Counted from the first letter of the stretch, positions 47,183 to 56,859 are shown. The stretch is DNA of 64,000 nt from an uncultured Desulfobacterales bacterium (GCA_964452555.1 CAYVMI010000006.1:9880-73879); one strand, 5' to 3'. Notes: a model not told the origin generated them from the sequence alone. Program-made: numbers and translations.

Positions 47183-48310
47183 TTATCTAAAAGCTTGTTC
47201 AATATCCGCAAGGATATCTTCCGGATCTTCGATCCCCACAGACAGTCTGAGGAGGCCGTCCGTGATCCCTAACTGGGCCCGCTCTGCATCGCTTATTTTG
47301 GCATGGGAAGTTACCGCCGGAGCACACACAATGGTTTCCACACCGCCAAGGCTGAGAGCCGGACGAATCAATTTTAACCTCCTCAGAAACTGTTGGGTAT
47401 CGAAACGTTTTGTATCCAGCTCGAACGATAGCATACCGCCAAATGCCTGCATCTGTCTGCTGGCGATGTCAAAGCCGGGATGCGATTCTAGGCCGGGATA
47501 GTAAACCGCACTGATCTGATCCTTTTCCGCCAGCTCTCTGGCAATGGCTAATGCATTTTGATTATGCCTATCCACCCGGATTCCCAATGTTTTTAAACTT
47601 CTTTCGATTAAATAACAGGTAAGCGCATTAAGACTGCCGCCAAAGTTGGCCGCAGTTACCTTAATCTTCTCAATTAACGCTTTGGATGCCATTGCCGCAC
47701 CGCAGCAGATGTCGCTGTGACCGCCGATATACTTGGTCCCGCTGTGAATGACCACATCGATACCGAAATCGATGGGTGTCTGGTTAATGGGCGTCGCAAA
47801 TGTATTGTCAATGATCGTCAGAATCTGTTTTGACCGTGCAAAATCAGCCACAGCTTCAATATCCGTTATCAGCAGCAGCGGATTGGATGGCGTTTCAATA
47901 TAGATGATACGGGTGTTGTCCCGGACCTTGGCTTGAATATCGGCTAGATCGTTGTCTACAAAATCATAGGCGATGCCAAAACGATCAAACTCGGCGGTGG
48001 CAAAATGGTGCGTGCCACCATAGATGTCTTTTTGAAGCACTATATGATCGCCCTGCTTGAGCAAGGCGAAGATCGTTGTGCTGATGGCAGCCATACCTGA
48101 GCTGAAAAATAGGCCATCTTCAGCATTCTCCAGAGCACACAGTTTCGCGATGATGGCCTTCTGATTGGGGGTATTATAGTAGCGCGGGTAAACGTTTTCA
48201 TCCAGATCCATGTATTCATACGAAGATGAAGGATAAATGGGCGTGCCAATACCTTTGGTAATGGCATCTGCATAGGTTCCGCTGTGGACGCACTTAGTAT
48301 CTTTTTTCAT
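47183..48310 (-). CDS. PLP-dependent Cys/Met-metabolism enzyme (cystathionine gamma-synthase/beta-lyase family)
   Basis: The ATG at 48310 follows AGGAGG. FSSGMAAI and HSGTKYIGGHSD (PLP-Lys) motifs. Confidence 0.85.
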   Translation of the reverse strand: MKKDTKCVHSGTYADAITKGIGTPIYPSSSYEYMDLDENVYPRYYNTPNQKAIIAKLCALENAEDGLFFSSGMAAISTTIFALLKQGDHIVLQKDIYGGTHHFATAEFDRFGIAYDFVDNDLADIQAKVRDNTRIIYIETPSNPLLLITDIEAVADFARSKQILTIIDNTFATPINQTPIDFGIDVVIHSGTKYIGGHSDICCGAAMASKALIEKIKVTAANFGGSLNALTCYLIERSLKTLGIRVDRHNQNALAIARELAEKDQISAVYYPGLESHPGFDIASRQMQAFGGMLSFELDTKRFDTQQFLRRLKLIRPALSLGGVETIVCAPAVTSHAKISDAERAQLGITDGLLRLSVGIEDPEDILADIEQAFR

Positions 48311-48328
48311 TCTTTTACCTCCTGGCAA

Positions 48329-48444
48329 TTTCGTAAAAAGTCCAACTTCTGTGTTGTACTACATTTTGCATACATTCGACGTACAAACATTACGACTCAC
48401 GATTACAAAATTCGTACGCCTTGAATTTGAACTCTTTACGAAAT
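48329..48444. repeat. palindromic intergenic element, family C copy
   Basis: The ends TTTCGTAAAAAGTCCAA and TTGAACTCTTTACGAAA are inverted. The left part is shared with 55681-55830 and 50199-50285. Confidence 0.65.
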
Positions 48445-48602
48445 CTTCTATTCCCGAGGTTTTGGAATATTTGAATATTTGACTTTAGGACAAGTTAGTA
48501 TCATCGCGAACAAACAGATTTTTATTAAGTCGATATAATATCAAAGGATTACATGCCTTCACGCCGCCAGTGTGCTATCAGTGTACGCTCTTTTTATTTG
48601 GA

Positions 48603-49397
48603 TTACGACCATAAAAAAGCAACACTCCGCTTGCCCATAACCTTGTCGTCAAAAACTAATTCGGCTTTGGACTGGGCCATGCCATAACAGACATGCAGCG
48701 GCAAAAGGTGCTCCTCCCTGGGATGGCAATACCTGGCAGAGGGCGCCGCCTCCCAATCCTTCAGACGTATTTGTCGAGTGTCTTCGGACATATCCGCCGC
48801 GGTGCAGGTTTCGATCAACCAATCCTGAAAGGCTTCATTTTGAGGGTTTAAGCCAGTCTGCTCGGCCGACAACAACGCCCGCAAATTATGAAAAGAAAAT
48901 CCGGAGCCCATTACCCAGATGTTCTGCCTACGAATTGAGGATAATGCCATCCCTAGATTTATATGGGATTCCGGATCCAGGCTGCCCATCAACGACAACT
49001 GCACACAGGGTATCTCGGCCTGGGGCACCATGATCTTCAGGGGTACGTAGAGACCATGATCATATCCACGCTGGCTGTTACGCCAGGCGGTCAAACCACT
49101 GTCTTTAACCCGATTCACAATTTGCTCGGCCAATTCCGGATTGCCTGGCGCCGGGTAAGTTATCTGGTAGGATTCAGGGGGAAATCCGGCATAATCGTAG
49201 ATCATGGCCGGTTGCTTCCCGGTGGTAACCATGGGGTTTAATTCTTCCCAGTGCGCACTGATAACCAAAATCGATTCCGGCATTCCCAGCCGGGTCGTGA
49301 TGTCTTTCAGAAAACGAATCATGGCGGCGTGCCCGTCATCCCCTGATAAGGGCAGGGGACCGCCGCCATGCGGAAAATATAATATGGGAGCAGACAC
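48603..49397 (-). CDS. class III extradiol dioxygenase (LigB/YgiD-like)
   Basis: ILYFPHGGGPLPL, VISAHWE, YDHGLYVPL and EEHLLPLHV motifs. The start is tentatively the GTG at 49397, just after the rubrerythrin stop. The track start at 49493 overlaps rubrerythrin. Confidence 0.75.
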   Translation of the reverse strand: MSAPILYFPHGGGPLPLSGDDGHAAMIRFLKDITTRLGMPESILVISAHWEELNPMVTTGKQPAMIYDYAGFPPESYQITYPAPGNPELAEQIVNRVKDSGLTAWRNSQRGYDHGLYVPLKIMVPQAEIPCVQLSLMGSLDPESHINLGMALSSIRRQNIWVMGSGFSFHNLRALLSAEQTGLNPQNEAFQDWLIETCTAADMSEDTRQIRLKDWEAAPSARYCHPREEHLLPLHVCYGMAQSKAELVFDDKVMGKRSVAFLWS

Positions 49398-49398
49398 C

Positions 49399-49974
49399 TT
49401 ACCAATTCTCGCAAAAAAGCTCGAAGTGGCCGGCAGGACGTACACAGGCAGGGCATTTCTCCGGTGGATGCAGGCCCTCGTGGATATAACCACAATTCAT
49501 ACAGCGCCAGCGCATGGGCTCGGCACGCTCGAAAATCCGGCCAGACTGGAGGTTGTTTGCCAGCGCCGAAAACGTCTTCTCGTGTTGTTCTTCAGCAACG
49601 ATGATGGCATCCCAGGTTTCGGCCGCACGCCCGTAGTTTTCCTCTCGAGCCACCTTGGCAAATCCGGGATACAATTCCGTGTGCACATGGTTTTCCAGAT
49701 CTGCGGATGACAATAGATTTTCATGGGTGGACTGGATAACACCGGTTCTGAAAGAAGCCGTGATCTCAAGCTCACCGCCGTTGAAAAATTTGAAGAATCG
49801 CAAAGCATGCTCGCGCTCTTGAAGTGCGGTTTCCTCAAAAACGTAGGCAATCTGCATGAGGCCGTCTTTTTGGGCCCTGTCTGAAAAAAAATGATAGCGC
49901 GCACTGGCTTGGGACTCGAATGCAAAGGATGTGAGCAAATTCTGAGCTGTGCGGCTTTCCTTGAACTTTCCCAT
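49399..49974 (-). CDS. rbr: rubrerythrin
   Basis: Diiron four-helix motifs (ESQASARY, EEQEH-type LQEREHALRF, AEEQHEKTF) plus a C-terminal rubredoxin-like WRCMNCGY...KCPAC. Confidence 0.9.
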   Translation of the reverse strand: MGKFKESRTAQNLLTSFAFESQASARYHFFSDRAQKDGLMQIAYVFEETALQEREHALRFFKFFNGGELEITASFRTGVIQSTHENLLSSADLENHVHTELYPGFAKVAREENYGRAAETWDAIIVAEEQHEKTFSALANNLQSGRIFERAEPMRWRCMNCGYIHEGLHPPEKCPACVRPAGHFELFCENW

Positions 49975-49976
49975 CG

Positions 49977-50171
49977 CTAATCCTCGATAATCTCGATGGC
50001 CTCAGCCCCGCATTCATCCGCTGCCTGGCGCACGACGGCATGATACTGTTCGGGAATCTCATCGAATTTGGACGTGGACATGAGTTGATCTTCATCGTAC
50101 TCAAACACTTCGGGACAAAGTTCGTTGCAGTTCCGGTCTCCCATACAATTTTTGGTGATCACTACCTTCAT
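49977..50171 (-). CDS. small single-cluster ferredoxin
   Basis: The ATG at 50171 follows GGAGGGGAA. MKVVITKNCMGDRNCNELCPEVFEYD resembles the CxxxxxC...CP pattern of 3Fe/4Fe monocluster ferredoxins. Confidence 0.7.
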   Translation of the reverse strand: MKVVITKNCMGDRNCNELCPEVFEYDEDQLMSTSKFDEIPEQYHAVVRQAADECGAEAIEIIED

Positions 50172-50198
50172 AGTTCCCCTCCTTTTAATGATGATGAC

Positions 50199-50285
50199 TT
50201 CGTAAAAAGCCCGATTTCTGCGTTGCGCAGGACGCACTTGAACTCAATCTTTTTACATCGTCATGCAGTTTACGACTTTTTATGG
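50199..50285. repeat. family C element, short variant
   Basis: TTCGTAAAAAGCCCGATTTCTGCGTTGCGCAGGACGCACTTGAACTC... shares the left end and the TTGAACTC box with the other C copies. Confidence 0.5.
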
Positions 50286-50380
50286 TTTCATCAATACTGA
50301 TATGCTGACATTGTTACTAAAAACAGCTCCTGTTCACGCAAAACTGCTGTATCACGATCCGGGATGTTTTTAAACAAATG

Positions 50381-50767
50381 TTAGAGACTTTGAACAACCT
50401 TTTTCAGCTTGGCTTGAACCTGAACCGCGACACCAGCCAAATCCGGATTTTCAATTGCCTGCATGGAAGCCATGGGGTCGATGGCCGCAACCTCCACCGT
50501 CCCTTGCTCGGTTTCCTGAACGATGACATTGCAGGGCAACATCGTACCGATGCGGCTTTCCAATTGCAGTGCCTGATAGGCATAGTTGGGATTACAGGCA
50601 CCGAGGATCGTATAGGGTCGAAATTCCGCATCCAATTTCTTTTTCAGCGTCTTTTTAACATCGATTTCGGTCAAGACACCAAAGCCTTCATTCTTAAGGG
50701 CATCGGTTACGCGATCAATGGCATCCGGAAAGGAACACGATATAATTTTATTAAAGCTATAGGACAT
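50381..50767 (-). CDS. DUF302-domain protein
   Basis: GFGVLTEIDVKKTLKKKL...YTILGACNP...LPCNVIV is the DUF302 signature. Confidence 0.75.
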   Translation of the reverse strand: MSYSFNKIISCSFPDAIDRVTDALKNEGFGVLTEIDVKKTLKKKLDAEFRPYTILGACNPNYAYQALQLESRIGTMLPCNVIVQETEQGTVEVAAIDPMASMQAIENPDLAGVAVQVQAKLKKVVQSL

Positions 50768-50873
50768 GATGTACTCCTTTGGTTTGCATTTTCAGGCTTT
50801 ACCTCTTAACGAAACCTATATACTATATGGTAATGGAATCGCCGCGTCAAATACACGATGCTAAACGCACCGA

Positions 50874-50900
50874 CCACCGACCTTGTCTGTGGCTTATGAT
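50874..50900 (+). repeat. family D motif
   Basis: CCACCGAC-CTT-GTCTGTGG followed by CTTATGAT, 32 nt upstream of the ATG at 50932. Confidence 0.45.
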
Positions 50901-50931
50901 TCGATTACAAGAGCTTCGTATATAACTTTAC

Positions 50932-51783
50932 ATGATTGTATCATTCCACCCATTATATACGGCTGAACAGAATATTCTGTGCGCCGGTCGTGATCCTGGC
51001 CCTGAAGAACTAAAGACAATCCTTCAGGCAGATGCGGTTATTTTACCCCAAGGGTGCCGGGAATCATTATACCGTATGGCCACAGACAATTGCGCTCACG
51101 TCTTTCCCAATTATGACAGTCGGTTTGCATTCCCTGACAAGATTGGGCAGGCCCAGCTTTTTAATAAATTGAATGTTCCGCATCCCCAAACAATTGTTTA
51201 CAATAATGACATTTTGACAGATAGGGATATCGATGATTTCCTAAATTCCGCTCCGTTGGAACCGCCGCTTGTATTTAAATATAATTGGGGTGGTGAAGGT
51301 GCGACGGTGTTTTTGATTCGGGACTATGAAGACTTTAAACACCAACTGCAAAAGACGCAATTATATGCAAAATCAGGTCAATACGGGTTTTTGCTGCAGG
51401 AATTGATTCCGGCCCGGGGTCGATCCCTGCGGGTGGTTGTAATACACCAATCCTATATCGCCTACTGGCGAACACTAGAAAACACCGATGCTTTTTATAC
51501 AAATATCAGCAAAGGTGCCCGGTTGGATATGGATGCGGACCCTAAGTTAAAATCAGCAGCCATTGATGCTACACGACAATTCTGCCAAAATACCGGCATC
51601 AACCTGGCCGGATTTGACTTTCTGTTTTCAGAACTTGACCTTGAAAATGACGTGATCGAACCGCTTTACTTGGAGATTAATTATTTTTTTGGCCGCAAAG
51701 GATTGGGAGGTTCCGAAAAATATTATGCGCTCCTTCAACAAGGGATTGATGCTTGGCTGGAAAGCATTCGGCAGCAAAACTAA
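50932..51783 (+). CDS. ATP-grasp domain protein (RimK/GSH-synthase-like)
   Basis: LVFKYNWGGEGATVFLI, FLLQELIP and INLAGFDFLF...PLYLEINYFFGRKGLG match the ATP-grasp layout. Confidence 0.7.
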   Translation: MIVSFHPLYTAEQNILCAGRDPGPEELKTILQADAVILPQGCRESLYRMATDNCAHVFPNYDSRFAFPDKIGQAQLFNKLNVPHPQTIVYNNDILTDRDIDDFLNSAPLEPPLVFKYNWGGEGATVFLIRDYEDFKHQLQKTQLYAKSGQYGFLLQELIPARGRSLRVVVIHQSYIAYWRTLENTDAFYTNISKGARLDMDADPKLKSAAIDATRQFCQNTGINLAGFDFLFSELDLENDVIEPLYLEINYFFGRKGLGGSEKYYALLQQGIDAWLESIRQQN

Positions 51784-51993
51784 ATATTAAATAATTACAA
51801 ATAGATATACAATTTAAACCTTGAAAAACTGGGGCCTCTGATTCAAAGGCTACGTTTTTAAGACTGTAAGCCATATACTGTCTGCACCTAATAGCCTAAC
51901 AGTCTTCAGCCTACAGCCTTCCCCTTTATATATTGTTGAATCCATGAACCCGAGTTATGCTTTACCGGTACTGGAGAACAATCTAAATAGAAT

Positions 51994-52296
51994 ATGGATC
52001 CATTTGCTTACAACCTGTCAGAAGAAGACATCCGCAGGGAACGCCGCAAGGCACGCGAAATGCGCCAGTCTCAATGGTGGAAACGGAAATGCGCCAAAGG
52101 CATCTGTCATTACTGCCATCGGTCCACCCCCCCTAAAGAGCTGACCATGGATCATATCGTTCCCATTGCCAGAGGCGGTAAAAGCACCAAAGGAAATGTG
52201 GTTCCTTGTTGTAAATCGTGTAATAGTCAGAAAAAGCAGTTGTTGCCGATGGAATGGGAAGCCTACCTTTCTCGATGTGCTGATGAAAATAAATAA
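51994..52296 (+). CDS. HNH endonuclease
   Basis: CHYCH...LTMDHIVPIARGGKSTKGNVVPCCKSCNSQK. Confidence 0.8.
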   Translation: MDPFAYNLSEEDIRRERRKAREMRQSQWWKRKCAKGICHYCHRSTPPKELTMDHIVPIARGGKSTKGNVVPCCKSCNSQKKQLLPMEWEAYLSRCADENK

Positions 52297-52640
52297 TGAT
52301 TTTTATTTTTTTCGTAATCATTCCTTTGATATTCTTTATTTTCACCCACAGGCGCCATGATATCACAGCATTCGCTACGTTGCTGGATGTTCGCGGTAGC
52401 ACACTACAGCTTCATATCCAGACGCCTTGCGACTGCTATAATCTCATGGCGTCAGCACATCGAGAATTCCCAGCTTGTTGATGTAACGAAACAATAATTA
52501 TTTCATTTGACAAGCGGCTCATATCATCATAGGTTAATTTCCCGAAATAACTTCATGATTTAATGATGGAGGTCCACGCAGCAAGTCCAATTGTGCAGAT
52601 TTGAATTTGTCCGGTGTAACCACAACGTGCCAGTCAACGA

Positions 52641-52667
52641 CCACCGACAATGTCGGTGGCTTATGAT
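52641..52667 (+). repeat. family D motif
   Basis: Perfect 8-bp hairpin CCACCGAC-AAT-GTCGGTGG followed by CTTATGAT, 44 nt upstream of the ATG at 52711. Confidence 0.5.
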
Positions 52668-52710
52668 GGGAGTCATTTACTCCACTTGAATCAGATGGTT
52701 GGGGGTCGTG

Positions 52711-54195
52711 ATGCGTACAGACAAAGAAACTGAATACCTCATAAAGGCCATCAATGCCTTCCAGAATCGACTTATTGTTGTCACGCCGGATTTCAAGCTG
52801 CTCGCGGCAAATGTCCCTCTGGACGAGATATCAAATCAAGATATTGCTGGGAAATACTGTTATAATCTTTTTCATGATCGATCTTCACCTTGCGAAAACT
52901 GTGCCGTGGCCGCGGTTAAAGAAACCCTTTCACCCTCGTTATGCCCGAAACCGGGACGTTTTGTTATGAACGGCGGATTGGCCTGCTTCTACGCCTACCC
53001 CATCATGAATGGCGATCAGGCTGAAGCATTTGTCAGTATGGATTTTGAAATTCCCAGCGTGGGGCTGCTTGAGGATGAACTTCGCCGATCCAATGCGCTC
53101 CTTGAAAATTTGTTGCTTAGCGCTGTTGACTGTGTGATCGCTTCCGACATGAGAGGTAATATCTTTCTGTTTAACGCTTCCGCTGAAGAGGTGTTTGGAT
53201 ATACCAAAAAAGAGGCTAAGAACGACATTACGGTTCGAGACATCTATCCAGGAGATGGCGCCCGCCAGGTGATGAAGCTGCTTCGGGGTGACGAATATGG
53301 CGGTGCGGGTCGGCTCCAAACATATCATACCAACGCTCTGGCCAAATCAGGCGAAGAGATACCCATCAGCCTGTATGCTTCCATTATTTATGAAGAAGGA
53401 CGGGAAGTCGCCACCATCGGTTTTTTCCACGATTTGCGGGAGCGAATCCGGATTCAGAACGAGTTGGAAGAGACCCAGGTACAGTTGTTGCAGGCCGAAA
53501 AAATGTCATCCCTGGGAAAACTGGCCGCCGGTGTGGCCCATCAGATCAACAACCCCCTGGGCGGTATCACCTTGTTTGCCAAACTGATGCTGGAAGAATA
53601 CGAATTGGAAGACGCGGCCGAAGATGACCTGCACCGCATCTTGCGTGATGCGGAGCGTGCCCGCAACACCGTCAAAGAGTTGTTGGAGTTTACCCGCCAA
53701 ACGCGTCATCTCATGCGGCCCAATAATATAAATGAAGCTTTGAACCGGACACTGTTCCTGCTGGAAAACCAAACCATCTTTCAAAACATCGAACTTACAA
53801 AAGATTTTCAGGAAGACCTTCCGCTGGTGACGTCGGATGCCCAGCAGATGTACCATTTGATGATGAATCTCATATTGAATGCGGCTCAAGCCATGGAAGG
53901 CAATGGTATATTGACACTTAAAACCTGGTATCGGAAAGATAAGGATCGTGTTTGCTTTGAAATCTCGGACACCGGTCCGGGCATCCCTGAAGAAGCCTTG
54001 GCGCATATTTTTGAACCGTTTTACACCACTAAAGAGGAAGGTAAGGGGACTGGTTTGGGACTCAGTTTAGCCTATAACATCGTCGAAAGCCACGGAGGTA
54101 GAATGTCTGCCAAAAACAACCCCGAAAAAGGCGCCTCTTTCATTATTGAATTGCCCTCTGCTTCAAAAGATCAGAAAGGAGATGAGTGTGACTGA
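52711..54195 (+). CDS. sensor histidine kinase (Cys-rich N-terminal sensor + PAS + HisKA + HATPase)
   Basis: CYNLFHDRSSPCENCAV, a PAS-like middle, the H-box AAGVAHQINNPL, and N/G boxes LNAAQAM and GTGLGLSL. The ATG at 52711 is preferred over the TTG at 52699. Confidence 0.85.
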   Translation: MRTDKETEYLIKAINAFQNRLIVVTPDFKLLAANVPLDEISNQDIAGKYCYNLFHDRSSPCENCAVAAVKETLSPSLCPKPGRFVMNGGLACFYAYPIMNGDQAEAFVSMDFEIPSVGLLEDELRRSNALLENLLLSAVDCVIASDMRGNIFLFNASAEEVFGYTKKEAKNDITVRDIYPGDGARQVMKLLRGDEYGGAGRLQTYHTNALAKSGEEIPISLYASIIYEEGREVATIGFFHDLRERIRIQNELEETQVQLLQAEKMSSLGKLAAGVAHQINNPLGGITLFAKLMLEEYELEDAAEDDLHRILRDAERARNTVKELLEFTRQTRHLMRPNNINEALNRTLFLLENQTIFQNIELTKDFQEDLPLVTSDAQQMYHLMMNLILNAAQAMEGNGILTLKTWYRKDKDRVCFEISDTGPGIPEEALAHIFEPFYTTKEEGKGTGLGLSLAYNIVESHGGRMSAKNNPEKGASFIIELPSASKDQKGDECD

Positions 54196-55687
54196 CAACG
54201 CGGAGACATTGCCCGTTCTCATTGTAGATGACGAACTGGATATTCGAGAAGGATCGGAACGGATCCTCAAGCGAATGGGATTTGAAGTAAGCACGGCGGC
54301 CAATGGTGAGGAAGGCTTGGATAAATTTTCAACCATTAAACCGGCGATTATACTCCTGGATCTTAAGATGCCGGGTATTGACGGCTTAGAGGTTTTAAAA
54401 CGAATCCGCGAAATCGATGAAAATGTGATCGTCATCGTTATAACGGGTTATGCCACCGTTGAGACAGCCATTCAGGCCATGAAGCAAGGTGCCTATGATT
54501 TTATCCCCAAGCCTTTTGAACCGGATCAGCTTCGCATCATTGTCAATCGAGCGGCGGAAAAAATTCGACTGAAGTTGGCAGCCGCAGAAATGGACCGCGA
54601 ACGCCAGCGAACACTGCTGGATCTGGGAACCGAGAAAAGCCGTATTCGCACCATCATCGAGTCATTGCCCAATGGCGTACTGGTCACCAATACATCCGGG
54701 CAAGTTGTCTTAATGAATCCAGCCTTGACGCAATTGCTAGGGTTTGGCTCTGATCTGTCTCTGGGCGAAAGCATTGAGCGCTACCTGCCGGATGAAGGTC
54801 TTTGCCAGCTCATTTTGGAAATATCACAAGGCCGGCATATCGATTTTGAAGATATTCCCGAATACGAATTCTCCTTGTCCAAAGATCAGTTTTTCATGGC
54901 CAAAGGACGACCGGTGTTGGGTCAAAGAAATGAATGCCTGGGTTCCGTGGTAACCGTGGTCGATATATCGGCCCTGCGCATGATCGATCAACTAAAATCA
55001 GAGTTTGTGGCCAAGGTATCGCATGAGCTGCGATCACCTCTTTCCACCATTCATGAGCAACTGGCGGTTGTTCTTAGCGATATGATGGAAATTGCGCCGG
55101 AAACCGATCAGAAAATCCTGGGTCGTGCCAAAGAGAAAACACACAGTCTGATATCTTTGATAGGGGATTTACTGGACCTTTCCAGAATAGAAGAAGGCGC
55201 CATCTGCAAAGAACCGGTGCCGGTCCAGATCGATACCCTGTTAAAAGGCATTGTGGATTTTCTGAAAGACAAAGCCGCCGCAAAGCGGCAATCCTTGTCC
55301 CTTGAAATCAATGCGGATTCACTCCCGGAAATGCAGGCAGATCCTTTGGCTCTGGAAAGTATTTTCGGAAATCTGATTGCCAACGCTATAAATTACACAC
55401 CCGAAAACGGGCATATCCAGGTAACAGTCGAAATGGCCGGCATTAATGTCAAAGTCAACGTTATTGACAATGGCTTTGGCATCGAAGCCAAGTACATGGA
55501 TCAGATCTTTGATCGTTTTTATCGGGTAAAAAACGATCAAACCCGCTACATCACCGGAACCGGCTTGGGCCTGCCCATTGTAAAGGAATTGGTCCAATCT
55601 TTGGGTGGATTTGTGGAAGTGGATAGTACCCTTGGGAAGGGGTCGACCTTCACGGTTCTACTCCCCGTCAACATGGCGGCTTCGTAG
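54182..55687 (+). CDS. hybrid response-regulator/histidine kinase (REC + PAS + HisKA + HATPase)
   Basis: The ATG at 54182 overlaps the upstream stop. REC VLIVDDE...ILLDLKMPGIDG...KPF, H-box VSHELRSPL, and GTGLGLPIV. Confidence 0.85.
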   Translation: MSVTDNAETLPVLIVDDELDIREGSERILKRMGFEVSTAANGEEGLDKFSTIKPAIILLDLKMPGIDGLEVLKRIREIDENVIVIVITGYATVETAIQAMKQGAYDFIPKPFEPDQLRIIVNRAAEKIRLKLAAAEMDRERQRTLLDLGTEKSRIRTIIESLPNGVLVTNTSGQVVLMNPALTQLLGFGSDLSLGESIERYLPDEGLCQLILEISQGRHIDFEDIPEYEFSLSKDQFFMAKGRPVLGQRNECLGSVVTVVDISALRMIDQLKSEFVAKVSHELRSPLSTIHEQLAVVLSDMMEIAPETDQKILGRAKEKTHSLISLIGDLLDLSRIEEGAICKEPVPVQIDTLLKGIVDFLKDKAAAKRQSLSLEINADSLPEMQADPLALESIFGNLIANAINYTPENGHIQVTVEMAGINVKVNVIDNGFGIEAKYMDQIFDRFYRVKNDQTRYITGTGLGLPIVKELVQSLGGFVEVDSTLGKGSTFTVLLPVNMAAS

Positions 55688-55830
55688 AAAGCTCAACTTC
55701 TGCGTTGTACTTCATACCTTAATCTTGAATTCAGTCTCTTTCAAGATTAAGGCCGCAATACATTCACATATTACAAGTACGCCTCATTGTTACGAAATTC
55801 GTACACCTTTATTTTGAACTGTTTACGAAA
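55681..55830. repeat. family C element, long variant
   Basis: The ends TTCGTAGAAAGCTCAA and TTGAACTGTTTACGAAA are inverted. It carries an extra internal hairpin ACCTTAATCTTGAA...TTCAAGATTAAGG. Its left end supplies the kinase stop codon. Confidence 0.65.
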
Positions 55831-55867
55831 CCGTGATCTCATCTTATTGTTGGTTTGAAAGTTTCTT

Positions 55868-56011
55868 AAAAACGCATCCCAAAATAGGATTTTAGTCCAA
55901 GGTCAAGGCGGCTGATCTTTTCAATCCGCAGGAATGCTATAGTATTTTGAGGTGTTGAAAAGTGAGGCCAACGCCGAGATTGGGCTAAAAGGCATTTTCG
56001 GATGTGTTTTT
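55868..56011. repeat. long imperfect palindrome, family B copy
   Basis: The core 55885-55981 is about 85% identical to 26077-26173. Copy-specific outer arms AAAAACGCATCCCAAAAT / ATTTTCGGATGTGTTTTT pair with each other. The right arm overlaps the aroE stop. Confidence 0.7.
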
Positions 56012-56825
56012 ATGTGCTTTCGATGGCGGCGACAAACTCCTCCGGCGGCACCTGCAGACCGGTCCAGAGCTGAAAGGTCCGGCGGGCCTGATATGCCAAT
56101 GGCATCAAACCGTCCATGAATTGAATGTCCTTATCCGCGGCTAGTTTTTCCCAGAAATTATTGGGGCGGTCATAGTTAAGATCCACCAGCATTTTGCATT
56201 CAGGCAGTTCCAAAGACCCCACCAATTCCGCCATTTCCTGAGACTCATCTTTGCTTGAAACCGAGGTGGCGTTAATAACGATGTCCACGGGCAGGGCCTG
56301 CCCTTCCAACGATGCAAAGTTCCTGACCTCACCCCCGAACTGCTTGACCATCTGTTGGGTTTTTTGCTCATCACGCCCGGCCAGATAAATGGTCTTGGTT
56401 CGTTGCCAATTTAATATGAAGGCAACCGCCCGGGCCGCCCCACCGGTACCAAAGATTAGGGCCGATTTATCTTCGGCCTCAAATTCAGCCTTCGACAAAG
56501 CGTCCATGAATCCAATGGCATTGGTATTATATCCTTTTAACTTACCTTCAGTAACAACAATGGTGTTGATGGCCCCAATTATATTGGCGCCCTCGGATAG
56601 AATATCTAGAAATGGCAGGACGGCCTCTTTGTAGGGAACAGTTACATTGGCACCGGCAATATTTAAAATCTGCAGGCTTTGGAGTGCCTGTCCTACTTGA
56701 TCCGGAGCGACCTTGAAAGGTACATAGGCACCTTTGATCCCCATACGATTTAATACAGTTGAAAAAATAGCGGTTGATCTGGCGCGATATGCCCGTTCAT
56801 CGGAAATGATGCCGTAGACTTGCAT
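56010..56825 (-). CDS. aroE: shikimate dehydrogenase
   Basis: GANVTVPYKE, NTIV and GTGGAARAV motifs, at 271 aa. Confidence 0.85.
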   Translation of the reverse strand: MQVYGIISDERAYRARSTAIFSTVLNRMGIKGAYVPFKVAPDQVGQALQSLQILNIAGANVTVPYKEAVLPFLDILSEGANIIGAINTIVVTEGKLKGYNTNAIGFMDALSKAEFEAEDKSALIFGTGGAARAVAFILNWQRTKTIYLAGRDEQKTQQMVKQFGGEVRNFASLEGQALPVDIVINATSVSSKDESQEMAELVGSLELPECKMLVDLNYDRPNNFWEKLAADKDIQFMDGLMPLAYQARRTFQLWTGLQVPPEEFVAAIEST

Positions 56826-56859
56826 GATTTATTTATCCGGTTTGTAGAACGGTTAACCA

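Noticed and set aside
48311-48602. SAM or other riboswitch upstream of the Cys/Met PLP enzyme gene
   Set aside because: The leader is occupied by the family C palindrome. It lacks the conserved SAM-I-type boxes that I can recognise.
49497-49925. 142-aa ORF in an alternative frame, and the plus-strand ORF 49204..49710
   Set aside because: Both overlap the rubrerythrin and dioxygenase genes, which have diagnostic motifs.
50378-50809. 143-aa plus-strand ORF
   Set aside because: The opposite strand encodes a clear DUF302 protein (50381..50767). The plus-strand product has no motif.
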